Assembly: GCA_030390025.1 (NCBI GenBank)
Contig: CM059433.1
Coordinates: forward strand, 21,082,001 to 21,146,000
Direction of reading: 5' to 3'
DNA length: 64,000 nt
From: Squalus acanthias
Lineage: Eukaryota
Shown: piece after piece, positions 11,283 to 24,749 of the stretch
Layout of the letters: each line of letters opens with the position of its first letter
How positions within the stretch are numbered: position 1 is the first letter of the stretch
Made by a program: the position numbers and the translations under genes
Notes under the pieces: model-generated
What the model was told of the DNA's origin: nothing
Seen by the model: only the letters and a program-made list of their open reading frames with translations
The model's database searches: none

Positions 11283-11892
11283 CTATATTGAAAGTAGGTA
11301 ATTCCACCTTCTTATTCATCAATATTTTCCACACACCAGAGGAAGATGCTAGAGTATTAAAATTCAGCAAGAGGAAGGCCTCTACTGGGGCCTCAGCACC
11401 AACTGAGAGGACAGATCTGCCAAAGGTCAGGTCCGAGGAAGTTGTCAAATCTAATGAACTATGCTTGAAATGTGAGCGGAGTTTTCCATATAGCAGCCTT
11501 ATAAATGAGGTCAATGGGAGCATGGTTAAGCGAGGCCTAGGATGAGGCCATAGAACATGTGGAGTAGGAAGCCGTTACACTATCTGCTAGGGTCCAATAG
11601 TGGGGAATACGTCCCACTGCCCATTTAACTGAACACCGTTTGCTTAATGGTCCACCCATAGTTGTCAAACCATAAGAAATGAATAGCTGGCACGATTTAG
11701 GAAATTATTCTGTACATTTGATGTAAAGCTGCAGGGGTTCATGTGAATCAAAAGAATGTCATTGACAATGCGACTTTTGACTGTGAGAAGGAGGATAGAA
11801 TTATAACCTCCTGTCTTAAATGGTTTGGAGCTGAAAATGTCAACAGTGGGGATGGTTTGCACACAACCTGCACAGTGGGGATTACTCAGGAT

Positions 11893-13503
11893 ACATAAGA
11901 ACATAAGAAATAGGAGCAGGAATAGGCCACTTGGCCCCTCGAGCCTGCCCCGCCATTCAATAAGATCATGGCTGATCTTGGGCTCAAAGCCACTTCCCTG
12001 CCCGCTCCACATAACCCTTCACTCCCTTATCTTGCAAAAATCTGTCTATCGCCACCCTAAATATATTTAATGACCCAGCCTTCATGGCTCTCTGGGGCAG
12101 AGAATTCCACAGATTTATGACCCTCTGAGAGAAGAAATTCCTCCTCATCTCAGTTCTAAAAGGGCGACCCTTTATTCTGAAACTATGCCCCCGAGTTCTA
12201 GATTTCCCCACGAGGGGAAACATCCTCTCTGCATCTACCTTGTCGAGCCCCCTCTTATTATGTTTCAATAAGATCCCCTCTCATTCTTCTAAATTCCAAT
12301 GAGTATAGACCCAACCTGCTCAACCTTTCCTCATAAGTCAACCCCCTAATCTCTGGAATTAACCTAGTGAATCGTCTCTGAACTGCCTCCAATGCAAGTA
12401 TATCCTTCCTTAAATAAGGAGACTAAAACTGTACACAGTACTCAAGGTGTGGTCTCACCAATACCCTGTACAGTTGTAGCAGGACTTCCCTACTTTTATA
12501 CTCCAACCCCCTTGCAATAAAGGCCAACATTCCATTTGCCTTTTTGATTACTTGCTGTACTTGCATGTTAACTTTTTGTGTTTCATGCACAAGGACCCCC
12601 AGGTCCCTCTGAACTGTAGCATTTTGTAATCTCTCTCCATTTAAATAATAATTAGCATTTTTATTTTTCCTGCCAATGTGGCTAACCTTACATTTTCCCA
12701 CATTATACTCCATCTGCCAAATGTTTGCCCACTCACTTAGCCTGTCTATATCCCTTTGCAGATTCCTTGAGTCCTCTGCACAACTTGCTTTCCCACCCAT
12801 CTTTGTATCATCCGCAAACTTGGCTACATTACACTCGGTCCCTTCATCCAAGTCATTAATGTAGATTGTAAATAGTTGAGGCCCCAGCACCGATCCCTGT
12901 GGCACCACACTAGTTACCATTTGCCAACCAGAAAATGACCCATTTATCCCGATTCTCTGCTTTCTGTTAGTTAGCCAATTCTCTATCCATGCTAATATAT
13001 TACCCCCAACTCCGTGAGCGCTTATCTTATGCAGTAACCTATTATGTGGCACCTTATCGAATGCCTTCTGGAAATCCAAATACACCACATCCACTGGCTC
13101 ACCTTTGTCCACCCTGCTCGTTACATCCTCAAAGAACTGCAGCAAATTTGTTAAACATGATTTCCCTTTCATAAAACCATGCTGACTCTGCTTGATTGCA
13201 TTATGATTTTCCAAATGCCCTGCTACTGTTTCCTTAATGAAGGACTCCAGCATTTTCCCAACGACAGATGTTAGGCTAACTGGTCTATAGTTTCCTGCTT
13301 TCTGTCTCCCTCCTTTCTTAAATAGGGGTGTTACATTTGCGGTTTTCCAATCCACTGGGACCTCTCCAGAGTCCAGGGAATTTTGGTATATTGCAACCAA
13401 TGCATCCACTATCTCTGCAGCCACTTCTTTTAAGACCCTGGGATGCAGGCCATCTGGTCCAGGGGACTTGTCGTCTTTTAGTCCCATTATTTTACCAAGT
13501 ACT
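11893..13503 (-). mobile_element. CR1 LINE, 5'-truncated (RT domain to 3' tail)
   Basis: [38 protein letters not shown] motifs; premature stop at 12423; (acataaga)n tail. Confidence 0.97.
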
Positions 13504-13562
13504 GATGTGTTGATACTGCTTCGGGATCTATTCACATCTTTGTGCAGTAGTGCTACAGAGAA

Positions 13563-14443
13563 TCTTCTCTTAGGCAGTCCCTTGGAACCGAGGATGACTT
13601 GCTTCCACATTAACAATGAGTTCTCAGGTGACTGATGAGTCCAGTGCGGGACCTACAGTCTCTGTCACAGGTGGGGCAGACGGTGATTGAAGGGCCGGGT
13701 GGGTGGGGTGCTTGGGTTGACGTGCGCTGCTTCCGCTGTTTGCGCTTGGCTTCCACTTGCTCCCGGTGAAGAGACTCGAGGTATTCGGTGCCTTCCCGGA
13801 TGCTTCTCCTCCACTTTGTACGGTCTTGGGCCAGGGATTCCCAGGTGTCGGTGGGGATGTTGCACTTTTTCAAGGAGGCTTTGAGGGTGTCCTTGAAGCG
13901 TTTCCTCTGCCCACCTGGGGCTCTCTTGCCGTGTTGGAGCTCCGAGTAGAGCGCTTGTTTTGGGCGTCTCGTATCGGGCATGCGGACGATGTGACCCGTC
14001 CATTGGAGCTGATCGAGCGTGGTCAAAGATTCGATGCAGGGGATGTTGGCCTGAGCGAGAACACTGACGTTGGTGCGCCTATCCTGCCAATGGATTTGCA
14101 GGATCTTGCGGAGGCAGCGTTGGTGGTACCTCTCCAGTGCTTTGAGGTGCCTGCTGTACATGGTCCATGTCTCTGAGGCATACAGGAGGGCGGGTATTAC
14201 TACTGCTCTGTAGACCATGAGCTTGGTGCCGGGTTTGAGGTCCTGGTCTTCAAACATTCTCTTCCTCAGGCGACCGAAGGCTGCACTGGCACACTGAAGG
14301 CGGTGTTGGACTTTGTCATTGACGTCTGCCCTTGTTGACAGTAGTCTCCCGAGGTATGGAAAGTGGTCCACGTTGTCCAAGGCCTTGTCATGGATTTTGA
14401 TAATCGGGGGGCATTACTGTGTGGCGGGGGCAGGTTGGTAGAA
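13563..14443 (-). mobile_element. RTE-clade (BovB-like) LINE, 5'-truncated
   Basis: ORF 13610-14380: FPYLG, LLYASETW, WTGHIVRM, GGQRKRFKD and C-terminal CPTC...HLRTH; same 3' UTR as copy at 32283. Confidence 0.95.
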
Positions 14444-14475
14444 TAACAGGCAAGAGAGATGCCAACAGAAGCAAT

Positions 14476-15547
14476 GGGGGGAGTTTAAATCCCCAAAATA
14501 CAGATGGGTTTGGGTTGGGTGGGAGGTTATAGTGTTAAAAATCTGAATCCCGACCCCAACCCGCCTCAAACCCACTCACTTCTGGTTTTAACGGAGGTGC
14601 GATGCGGGGGAGATGGTGGGGAAGGGTCCAACCCGCTCCCAGGAGGCGGGTTGGCACTTTAAATATTATAATGAGGCTGTGGACCTCTTTTTGAAGCGCC
14701 ATTTTAAATTTAACTCTGGGCAGTCGGGTTTCACGGACCTCGGAGAACCTGGCAGCTAAAGGAAGTCGAGGACTGCTGGATCCAGGAGGTAAGTGCCTTT
14801 CCACTTACCTGTTGAATCCAGCGTCCGTGCCTCGCCAACCCGCCGTGACCAGACAAACCCCCCGGCCTTTCCAATCTCCTCCCCGACCTCCCCCCCTCAC
14901 CTCCTCGGACTCTGACTCCCCCCCTCCCCCCCAAGGAGGCCTCCGAACACCTCCCCCCCCGCCACCCCGCCAAGCCACAGGGCCCCCAATCTTCGGCTCC
15001 GGCCTTCCAATCCCTGGCCCCCAGCTCCCATCTCCCCTTCCGGCCTCCATTCTCCGAAACCCCCCCCCCCCCCCCACAGGCGTCCAATCCCCAGCCCCTG
15101 ATCTCCGACCCCCCATGATCTTGGCCTTCTGTCCCCCCCAATCTCCGACCCCCCACCCCCACCAATCCCGGCCTTCCGAACCTCTCTGATTTCGTCCTTC
15201 CGACCCCCTCCGATCCTGCCCTTCTGACCCCGGCCTTCTGACTCCCTCCAATCCCGGCCTTCCGACCCACTCCGATCCCCGGCTTCCGACCCTCCCGCCC
15301 GGCCTCTGATCCCTCCCTCCCTCCTCTCTGCTCCCCAACTGCAGCCTGGTGCTGAAGGCCTATCTACCCTCCACAGCCAGCCAGCCTAACAATCTGGTTG
15401 GCTGCGGGCAGGAAACAGCAAAATAAATTGTTAATCTGGCCCTGCCATTAAATTCAGCAAGGCCTGAGGGAAACTCATTCTCCCGGGTTTCCCAACTGCA
15501 ATCCAGCCCTCCCGCTCCCTACGTGCCTCTAAGTTAAAATCCTGCCC
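14476..15547. mobile_element. MITE family E with GC-rich degenerate tandem interior
   Basis: Imperfect TIR ggggggagtttaaa / ttaaaatcctgccc; flanks AAT/AGT; C-rich (ccggccttccgacccc)-like repeats at ~14860-15335. Confidence 0.6.
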
Positions 15548-18500
15548 AGTGTTTCTGTTCTCTGTTGTTTTTTCAGTCTAGTCTATGAAAAGCAATCACT
15601 GATTCCATATTTGTTTCTGATGATGATTCCTGTGCTGCCGGAGTTGGTGATTTGTTTGAGGGATGTTTACCTGGGATTTTATTATGGTGGCATTTGAACT
15701 GGCAAATGGTGTTGGAATACATCCCATTATTTTCAATTTGTCACATTATCTTACATTGACAGCACCACCTACTGTTGCAGTCCTTTTCGGATCTTGACGG
15801 TCCTCACCATTTTTAATACATAATATAGACATTCAATTGTGTTCACTTCAATTCTAGTTTATGGTTAATATTACAGTAATATAGCCAATCCTGATGTTTG
15901 AGTGCCTTTATTTCTGTAATTATAGCATCTTCGTGAGTCAGCTGAAGACTAACCAGACTGCTGCATTGAGAGAGATAGTAATTTACTAAATTTGCCAGTA
16001 ATCTGAGGGCTAATCAATCATTAGTAATGAGCAACAAAAAGAAACTTTAACAACTACAGTCACAAACACTTGCGAATCAGGTAACTAAATAAAGAAAAAT
16101 GCAAATATTCTTTCGAAGGTCTCAGCAATTGCTTCCAGAAATCCTTCTGTTTCAGAATCTCATCCCCAGAGAACACAGATTGACAAAATGCTGTGCTGGT
16201 GCACATGAAAGTATTAAAAAGCATGAATGTCGATATCAGGCACTGTAAATCTGTAATCCTTTGCCAGCAACGGTTATTTGATGATAAGCCTGTGATTTGA
16301 ATGCTGTTTGAGTAATTGTCTACATATCCATTTTTAAATCACAGAATAATGTATCTCAGATGTTTAAGATAAGGTTGTGGCTGGAAAGATACCTTTCTAG
16401 TTACATTATTAAATTCACTCACACCATAACAGTACAGAGAATATACTTCATATTAGGGTTTTGCCATAATGGAATATCATCCTACCATTATATAGGACAG
16501 AATTTTTAATTGTTTACTAGTTGTTTGCTTACGGGCAAAAGAAGTCTCTCTTCCTCTAGTTATCTCCCTGCTTGCCGCCAATCTCTAATTTGTTCTGCCT
16601 ATTTCCCTGCCTTTCCCTTCATTTTCCATTGTTCCTCTTGCCCTCTTGCTGTATGGCTCCTCACACACTCGCGTTGATTTCAAGTTTCGGTGGACTTTGT
16701 GCAGGCAGGGCGATCGTGCTGCCCACCCGATGTCATTGCTGCGGGTCCCCGAGTAATTTTTCGGGCTGGGTCACATTTACATTACACCAGTGATCCACAA
16801 CCGCCGTTCCAGCGCTCACAGCCAGCTTGTCGGCTGCAGGGGGGCGGGGGTGGGGGGGAGGTTGCGGGAGGGTGAGTGTTGGGGGGTGTTGGGGGGTGTT
16901 GGCGTTAACCTGTCTTTCCCTTTGAGCTGCCGTGTAGTTCCAGCAGTTTCTGCTTTAATTTCACACTTCTAGCACTCGTACCTTGGTTTTCTCTGTTTAA
17001 AATGCTGCTATTCTGTTTTCCCATGAGTTTGCTTGCTGCCTTGGCTCACTAAACCTCACACATGTATGTGGGTGGGTTTAGGAGGTGATATTCTTTGTCA
17101 AATATATGACTTCCCCCACCCCATCCCCGCCCCCCCCCCTTCACCACCTTTACCTACTTTCAGCGACCTGATTAATGAAATATCCCTTTCTAAGCTGAAG
17201 GAAATTTATCCCCTATTCAGCTGCCTTCTGCAAAAATAATTTGGGAATATCCATTACCCTTAAGGTATTATCTCGGTCAGTATTGAATTGATTTCTCTGG
17301 AAGAAGCATTTTGATGCTTAAATGAACACTCAATATGATTGAATTTGGTCCCCTTTGAACATTATCTCCTGATGAGCAAGAAATTATCTTTAGATAGCAA
17401 CCACTGATAGGTAAATCATTGGAAGTATTTTCTTGTATATTAGCTAACGAGTGTTAATGAGCGTATCAGTGAAAGCCTGAAAAAAATCTATGGTGATCAG
17501 GTTACTGAAACATAACGAAAAACTGCAATATTTATTTTCCAGATATCTGCTTGCTGATACATTCATAATTAACCAGTTAGCAAGCAGGTTTTATGAACAA
17601 TTTCAGAGTCATTAAATAAATCATTGCCATGCCACACAAATACATTTTAAATGGAAGGCAGAGAAATGAGTGCAGCTATTATCTGTCATATTATTGTGAT
17701 TGCATTCTAGATAGAAAAATAAGAAGAGCATTCTTTGTTCATTATATTCTTCAAACAAAGAAATGAAGAAGGAAGCTGCCTCGATCCAATATTTCAAGAA
17801 TATGCTGCTGCTTTCAGTTGATGAAAAATCGTTCTGAAATGTATCTGTGAATGAATTTTCAGCTTGAAATGAAACTTCCTGGATGTGTAAAACGAAGACT
17901 GGGACTTGTGTTTGTTCGGAGGATTCTGAGCCTTGTGAGCCAAATGTGTAGGATCTGGCCTTTTAATTTGCCGTGGGCAGTAAAGCCATCATTTTAGTTT
18001 ATTTAAAGGTGCCTTGCAAAATACTTCAGTAAGTGTGTACACGGAATAAATGGACTGGTAGGGTGTCACATTTTCTACTAAATAGTCTGGATTTTAATCT
18101 TATTTTTAGCCAAAGAGCACATTGTAAAATCTGTGCGATGGCAGATAGAGCGGCGAGAACTTTGCACATTGTGGGAACACAGTACAGTTTTCAGGGCAGG
18201 CTTTCAGGGGAGCACGGCCTCCATAAAAAAAATTCCCGACAGGCTGACACTTCCCCTTTAATTGTGCTGTCTAATATGTCTTCACTTGCTCTATGGGCGA
18301 CACTGTCTCGACTTAAAATTTCTGGCATCATATTTGGACTTCATCATACTGTTTAACACCTCTGAAGGAAGTTTTTTTTTAAAACGTTATTGCATTTCTT
18401 GTTTGTTTATGAAAATTAAGGTTTTAGTCAGCCTGATAATTGCAGTAGGGATTCAAGCCTTGACAGCAACAGTAGGTGATCAAACTGGAATAATTTTGAG

Positions 18501-18749
18501 TGCTGGGTGAATTGGTGCAATCCAACATTAGTCTGTAAGCAGAACCAGCACCTAGCCATAGAAGTCTGTTGCCATACTGTGCGTTTAAGTAATTTAAAAA
18601 GATCACACTGGTGCAGCTTGAGCCTTTACTTAGTTTATCGGCTGATACAACATTAATATTGCAGAACTGCCTCCAGTGGATCTGGTTTTGAACTCAGCCC
18701 ATTTATTTTGAGGGGTAGACTCAAAAGACTGGCAACCAATATGACTTTA

Positions 18750-18945
18750 AAGCAAAAATAACCAAATTTAGGGAGCACACAGCAGGTGAATCAGCATCTG
18801 TGAAGAGAACGGACAGGTCACCATTTTGAACCAATCTTTTCTTCAAATTCATGTCCTGAAGATGGGACTGGACCAAAACCTTTACCCAATTGATTGCTCC
18901 AAAGATGCTGATTGTGTTACCTGTTTTTGTTTCCGATATCCAGTC
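18750..18945. mobile_element. Degraded head-to-head Penelope terminal-repeat remnant
   Basis: Left half resembles the reverse complement, right half the forward sequence, of the Penelope tail at 61450-61576 (cagcaggt..cagcatctgtg; ctgaaga...aaaac...gatgctg). Confidence 0.5.
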
Positions 18946-19018
18946 TTTTTCTTTTTATGTAATATTTTAAAGCAACTCTGCACACTCAATCTTGCTACAA
19001 AGCTGCATACGTAGTTAA

Positions 19019-21138
19019 GTCATGCCTGACAAACCTGATGGAATTTTTTGAGGAGGTGACTAAAGTAGTGGACAGGAGAATGTCTATGGGGGGAAAATTC
19101 AGTTGCTTGCGCCTCCCGTTAGCGCCTTAAGAGGGCGCTAATGGGGCGCAAAGCATCTAGCGCCCAGGCGCAGCGATGTTTGCGCCGCTCGCGAAATTAA
19201 CTAGACATTTTGAGGCGGCGCTAAACACTACCGCCACGATCTCCTGCGCCAGCAGATCGTGACGTCAGTTGAGTGCGCAACGCCCCGGTATCGTCCCGGA
19301 GCCCCCTGCCTTACCGCCTGATGCTAGCAACGACAGGTTGAGGGGAGCGTTTTGCAGTCATGAAGGGACTGGGGGAGCGCTATTTAAAGGCGACCGCTTC
19401 CTGCCTTTTATTGTTGGTGCCATTTTTGAACCACGCATTCTGAGAGAGAGAGAGAGAGAGACTTCTGGAGAGATTCAACGCTGTGTGAAGGAGTTTTGGG
19501 TACTGAGCAGCACTTTGCAGGTTCATTTTGATTTGCCATTCCTTGTATCGATTTAGAAGAGACTGTGGGGGCTGCACTCTAAGCTCTTTCCCTGGTACTC
19601 TCCATTGTTCTTTCCAGCAGATTTGATGTGCAGGTCTCTCCAGGCCGGGATTCAAGGCTGCAATGAGCAGGATGTGGATGGAAAGCAAGATCAACCATCC
19701 CCTTTAAGAACTGGCCGGTGCCATTGTGTCTGTGTTCCATTGCTGACTGACATCACATGAGCTTCGCCAGCGCTCTGAGGTAGCGCCTCGCTCCTCGGCC
19801 TTTGCGCCTTAAGACAGGTGTGAAGTGCCTGATTTAGCGCTCCAATCACCTCCAGGGGCGATAAAAGTCAAGTTTGCAGTCAGTGGCGATAATTAGCGCC
19901 AGGCACTAATCTTTGCGCCCGGCCGATAATTGCGCCCCAAATGGGGCGATACTGAATTTCTCCCCCTATGGATTTTATTTATATGGACTTCCAGATGGCA
20001 TTTGATAAAGTCCCACATAAGAGACTGTTAACTAAGGTAGAAGTCCATGGAATTGAGGGCAAATTATTGACCTGGTTAGGAAATTGGCTGAGCAGACAGG
20101 CAGTAGGGATAATAGGCAGGTACTCAAATTGGCAGGAGGTGACTAGTGGTGTCCCGCAGGGATCTGTGTTGGGGCCTCAACTATTCACAGTATTTATTAA
20201 TGATTTAGATGATAGAAAGTCATATATCTAAATTTGCCGATGACACAAAGATAGGTGGAATTTTAGGCAGTGCAGATGGAAGCACAAAATTACAAAGGGA
20301 TATCGACAGATTAAGTGAATGGGCAAAACTGTGGCAAATGTGAGGTCATCCAATTTGGACCTAAAAAGGATAGAACAGGGTATTTTCTAAATGGTGAAAG
20401 GCTAAAAACAGTGGAGGTCCAAAGAGACTTGGAAGTTCAGGTACATAGATCATTAAAATGTCATGAACAGGTACAGAAAATAATCAAAAAGGCTAATGGG
20501 ATGCTGGCCTTTATATCTAGAGGACTAGAGTACAAGGGGGCAGAAGTTATGCTGCAGCTATACAAAACCCTGGTTAGACCACACCTGGAGTACTGTGAGC
20601 AGTTCCGGGCACCACACCTCAGGGAGGATATATTGGCCTTGGAGGGAGTGCAGCGTAAGTTTACCAGAATGATACCCGGACTTCAAGAGTTAAGTTACGA
20701 GTAGAGATTACACAAATTAGGGTTGTATTCCCTAGAATTTAGAAAGTTAAGGGGTGATCTGATCAAAGCTTTCAAGATATTAAGGGGAACAGATAGGGTA
20801 GATAGAGAGAAACTATTTCCACTGGTTGGGGATTCTCGGACTAGGAGGCATAGTCTAAAAATTAGAGCCAGACCTTTCAGGAGTGTAATTAGGAAACACT
20901 TCTACACACAAAGGATGGTTGAAGTTTGGAACTCTCTTCTGCAAATGGCAATTGATGCTGGATCAATTGTTAATTTTAAATTTGAGATTGATAGCTTTCT
21001 GTTAACCAAAGGTATTAAGGGATATGAGCCAAAGGCAGGTATATGGAGTTAGGTCGCAGATCAGCCATGATCTCATTGAATGGCGGAGCAGGCTCGAGGG
21101 GCTGAATGGCCTGCTCCTGTTCCTGTGTTCCGATGTTC
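19019..21138 (+). mobile_element. CR1 LINE, 5'-truncated, interrupted by MITE B copy 3
   Basis: [42 protein letters not shown] motifs; typical 3' tail. Confidence 0.95.
19088..19966. mobile_element. PIF/Harbinger-like MITE, family B, copy 3
   Basis: 15-bp TIR ggggggaaaattcag / ctgaatttctccccc; TSD TAT (19085-19087, 19967-19969); removal restores CR1 MSMDFIYMD. Confidence 0.92.
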
Positions 21139-21180
21139 CGACGTGACTTTGCCATTCTGGCAGATGTCAGAGGAAGGCGA

Positions 21181-23008
21181 CAACACAAAGAACTTTTACT
21201 TTTACAATTATATTCAGAAAAAGAGGGTGGTTAAGAGCAATGTGGGCCCCTTAAAAACTGGTAACAGTGATATTATTAAAGAAAATAAGGAAATGGCGGA
21301 TATGTTGCAAAATTACTTTGTGTCAGTATTTATAGAAGAGGAAGAAGAGAGTATGCCGAACACCCCAAGGAAACTAATTTTGAATCAGGAATGGGAACTC
21401 ATCATAATTAACGTAAGCAAATTAACAGTAGTGAAGAAAATAATGGCACTAAAGAGTAACAAATCCTCAGGACCAGATGGTTTCTAGGGATTTAAAGGAA
21501 GTAGGTGAGAGCATTGCAGATGCCCCAACTATGAGCTTCCAAAGTTCTCTCGATTCAGGAACCATTCCTTTAGATTGGAAAATTGCACATGTCACTCTGC
21601 TATTTAAGAAAGGTGAGAGAGGGAAACCAGGGAATTATAGACCAGTTAGCCTAATATCTATTGTCGGGAAGTTACTAGAGTCTATAATTAAGGATAGTGA
21701 CTGAACACCTTGAAAATTTTCAGCTGATCAGAGAGAGCCAGCATGGATTTGTGAAAGAAAGGTCATGCCTGACAAACTTAATTGAATTTTTTGAGGAGGT
21801 GACTAAAATAGTGGACAGTGGAATGTCTATGGATGTTATTTATACGGACTTCGATAAAGTCCCTCATAAGAGACTGTTACCTAAAGTTGAAGCTCATGGA
21901 ATTTAGGACAAGTTATTGACCTGGTTAAGGAAATTGTCTCCTGTCGCTCAGCCAGAGAGTACGGATAATGGGCAGGTACTCAAATTGGTAGGATGTGACT
22001 AGTGGTGCCCCACAGGGATCTGAGTTGGGGCCTCAACTATTCACTGTATTTATTAATGACTTGGGTGACGGGACAGAGAGCGACATAGCCAAATTTGCCG
22101 ACGAACCAAAGATAGGCGGCATTGTAAGGAGTGTAGATGGAAGCATAAAGCTACAAGGACATATTAATCGATTAAGTGAATGGGCAAAACTGTGGCAAAT
22201 GGATTTCAATGTAGGCAAGTGTGAGGTCATCTGCTTTGGACCTAAAAAGGATAGATCAGAGTACTTTCTAAATGATGAAAAGCTAGAAGCAGTGACGGTC
22301 CAAAGAGACTTGGGGGTCCAGACACATAGATCATTAAAATGTCATGGATAAGTACAAAATATAATCAAAAAGGCTAATGGAATGCTGGCTTTTATATCTA
22401 GAGGACTAGAATACAAGGGGTTAGAAGTCATTCTACAGCTATACAAAGCCCTGGTTAGATCACACCTAGTGTACTGTGTTCAGTTCTGGGCACCACACCT
22501 TCGGAAGGATATATTGGCCTTGGAGCGAGAGCAGTGTAGATTTACTAAAATGTTACTTGAACTCCAAGGATTAAATTATGAGGAGAGATTACACAAACTA
22601 GTGTTGTACTCCCTGGAATTTAGAAGATTAAGGGGTGATTTGATCAAAGTTTTCAAGATATTAAAGGGAACTGATCGGGGAGATAGAGAGAAACTATTTC
22701 CACTGGTTGGGGAATCTGGGACTAGCCTAAAAATTAGAGCCAGGCATTTCAGGAGTAAAGTTAGGAAACACTTCTACACACAAAGGGTGGCAGACGTTTG
22801 GAACTCTCTTCCACAAATGGCAATTGATGCTGGATCAATTGTTGATTTTAAATTTGAGATTGATAGATTTTTGTTAACCAAAGGTATTAAGGGATATGGG
22901 GCAAAGACAGGTATATGGAGTTAGGTCGCAGATCAGCCATGATCTCAATGAATGGCGGAACAGGCTCGAGGGGCCGAATGGCCTACTCCTTGTCCTATGT
23001 TCCGATGT
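21181..23008 (+). mobile_element. CR1 LINE, 5'-truncated and degraded, same subfamily as the preceding copy
   Basis: KSSGPDGF, NYRPVSL, SQHGFVK, KFADE motifs with stops and frameshifts; 3' tail. Confidence 0.95.
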
Positions 23009-24585
23009 GTGTACGGATCAGCCCTGTTAATATTGTGTATGAGCAGGCTGAAGGCTCAGTTCAGCCATGGCCAGAATAAAATGGTGAATTTGATGAGTAC
23101 AGGTGACATTGTGCCCCCAGAGGCCGCGTGGTGATATAAATGAGATGAGACTCGGGGAAAGGATCCAGCTTCAGCAGCTCCGCCTTCTTAAAACGTTTTT
23201 TGTCCCAATTTTTTCGACTGCTCCTCCTGAAGGTTTTGACTTTTGCTGGGGGCATGGTTCCACAGGTGACACCAGGTGCTTGGGCACCTCACCCAGGCAG
23301 TGGATGACAAAACCAGGCACATTCAAGCGTACGGCCCTCAGACCTAGGGGCGTGAAAGGAGGGAAACCACAGGAATGGGAGAGAATGAATGATTTGGGGA
23401 CGAGAGCATCGCAGGCAGAAATGATGGATCTGTTGAGCAGGTCAACAGTAGCCAAGGTGTCCTGACATCCTAATTAAGTCTACTGGTAGCCAACAAGAAA
23501 AAGCAATCAGAAGTGACAAGAGAACTATCAATGCTCACGATATTTGGGTTGCTGCAGAATAAATGAGGTGTCTATGCAGCTCATACTTTCCCTACATGGC
23601 AGTGAGTTTATGTCGGTTGTATCACAGCCTTTACAGCGCGTGGCTGAAAGCACCCTGTAGAGGTGATAATATCCCTTTAACATTGTAATTTCTGACTGTT
23701 TAAATGTTTCAGGACATATCGGCCCATGTAGTACTGAGTATAACAGCTATTCTTGCAGGCAGAAGACACTGATGGATTCTTTTTTTTGCATATATAGTGG
23801 ATTTCCATCTGTGACTGTTGGTCCGCAGTGACACGATAGTTTAAATACCCTGCCGGCTTCTGGCTGGGGTGTTTTCTTATTTTGCTCATTTTCGCAATTG
23901 TGGTGTGAGGTGGTGCACCAAATGCCCCAGATGTTTACATCAGCATGACCAGTGAAAATAACAAACAGGAGACAGCCCTGTGGTCCGATATCCACATGAT
24001 GATTGAAATTGCTTCAGCCCGGATCAATAAACACTGAAGGAAGATCCCAACATGACTGAGCTCCACTGCTTTCTCTGTCCCCAGTCTAGTAATTCTAGTG
24101 TGTGGCTTCATTTCTCTACCAATGAGTATAAAAACATTGATAAATAGTAATTGCAAATACATGTAGAAGTAAAATAAATATGTAAAATCACCATATATTA
24201 AAACATCTTGCATCCACGCACACTTCCTGTCATTTTTCCCCATTATAAATCCCTTTATCTACATTTATGATTGAAACTGCCTGTATTGACTTGTCGTGCT
24301 TTAATTCCACTCTCCTTCCAGTGAAGGCACTGCAGCGCCACCACTGGTAGGAGAGTGTAATTACATAATAACTAGTTTACATACACAGGTTCCATTGTAG
24401 ATGATGTAGACATAAGAATTAATGATGGAAAAAGTTGACAGGATGTGCACGCAGAACTAAAATTTTAATATAATATATATTTTTTTCCTGGTCTTGCACC
24501 TGTCTAGATCAGCTGCCTCTTATTGTATTACTGCAGGAACAATTAACGGCAAATTGTGTCTGGAGCAAATCATATTGTAATTCTT

Positions 24586-24749
24586 GTCTCAGTTTAACAT
24601 CTCATCTGAAAGACAGCACATCCAACAGTGCAGCACTCCCGCAGTACTGTGCCAGCCTAGATTAAGAGCTCAAGTCTCTGGAGTGAGACTTGAAGCCACA
24701 ACGTTCTGACTTGGAGGCAAGAGTACTACCAGTGAGCCAAGGTTGACAC
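24586..24749 (-). mobile_element. SacSINE1-like Deu-SINE, 5' fragment
   Basis: Reverse complement of the tRNA-like head seen at 33194 and 56217. Confidence 0.75.

Noticed and set aside
12423..13616. 397-aa ORF as a single gene
   Set aside because: Chance read-through from RTE 3' UTR and spacer into a truncated CR1 RT; begins at a non-ATG codon.
14731..15338. Pro-rich and Gly/Arg-rich ORFs as proteins
   Set aside because: Low-complexity GC-rich MITE interior lacking stops in several frames.
24331..24352. CTCF site
   Set aside because: Only the GGTGGCGC half matches; the 5' half of the core does not.
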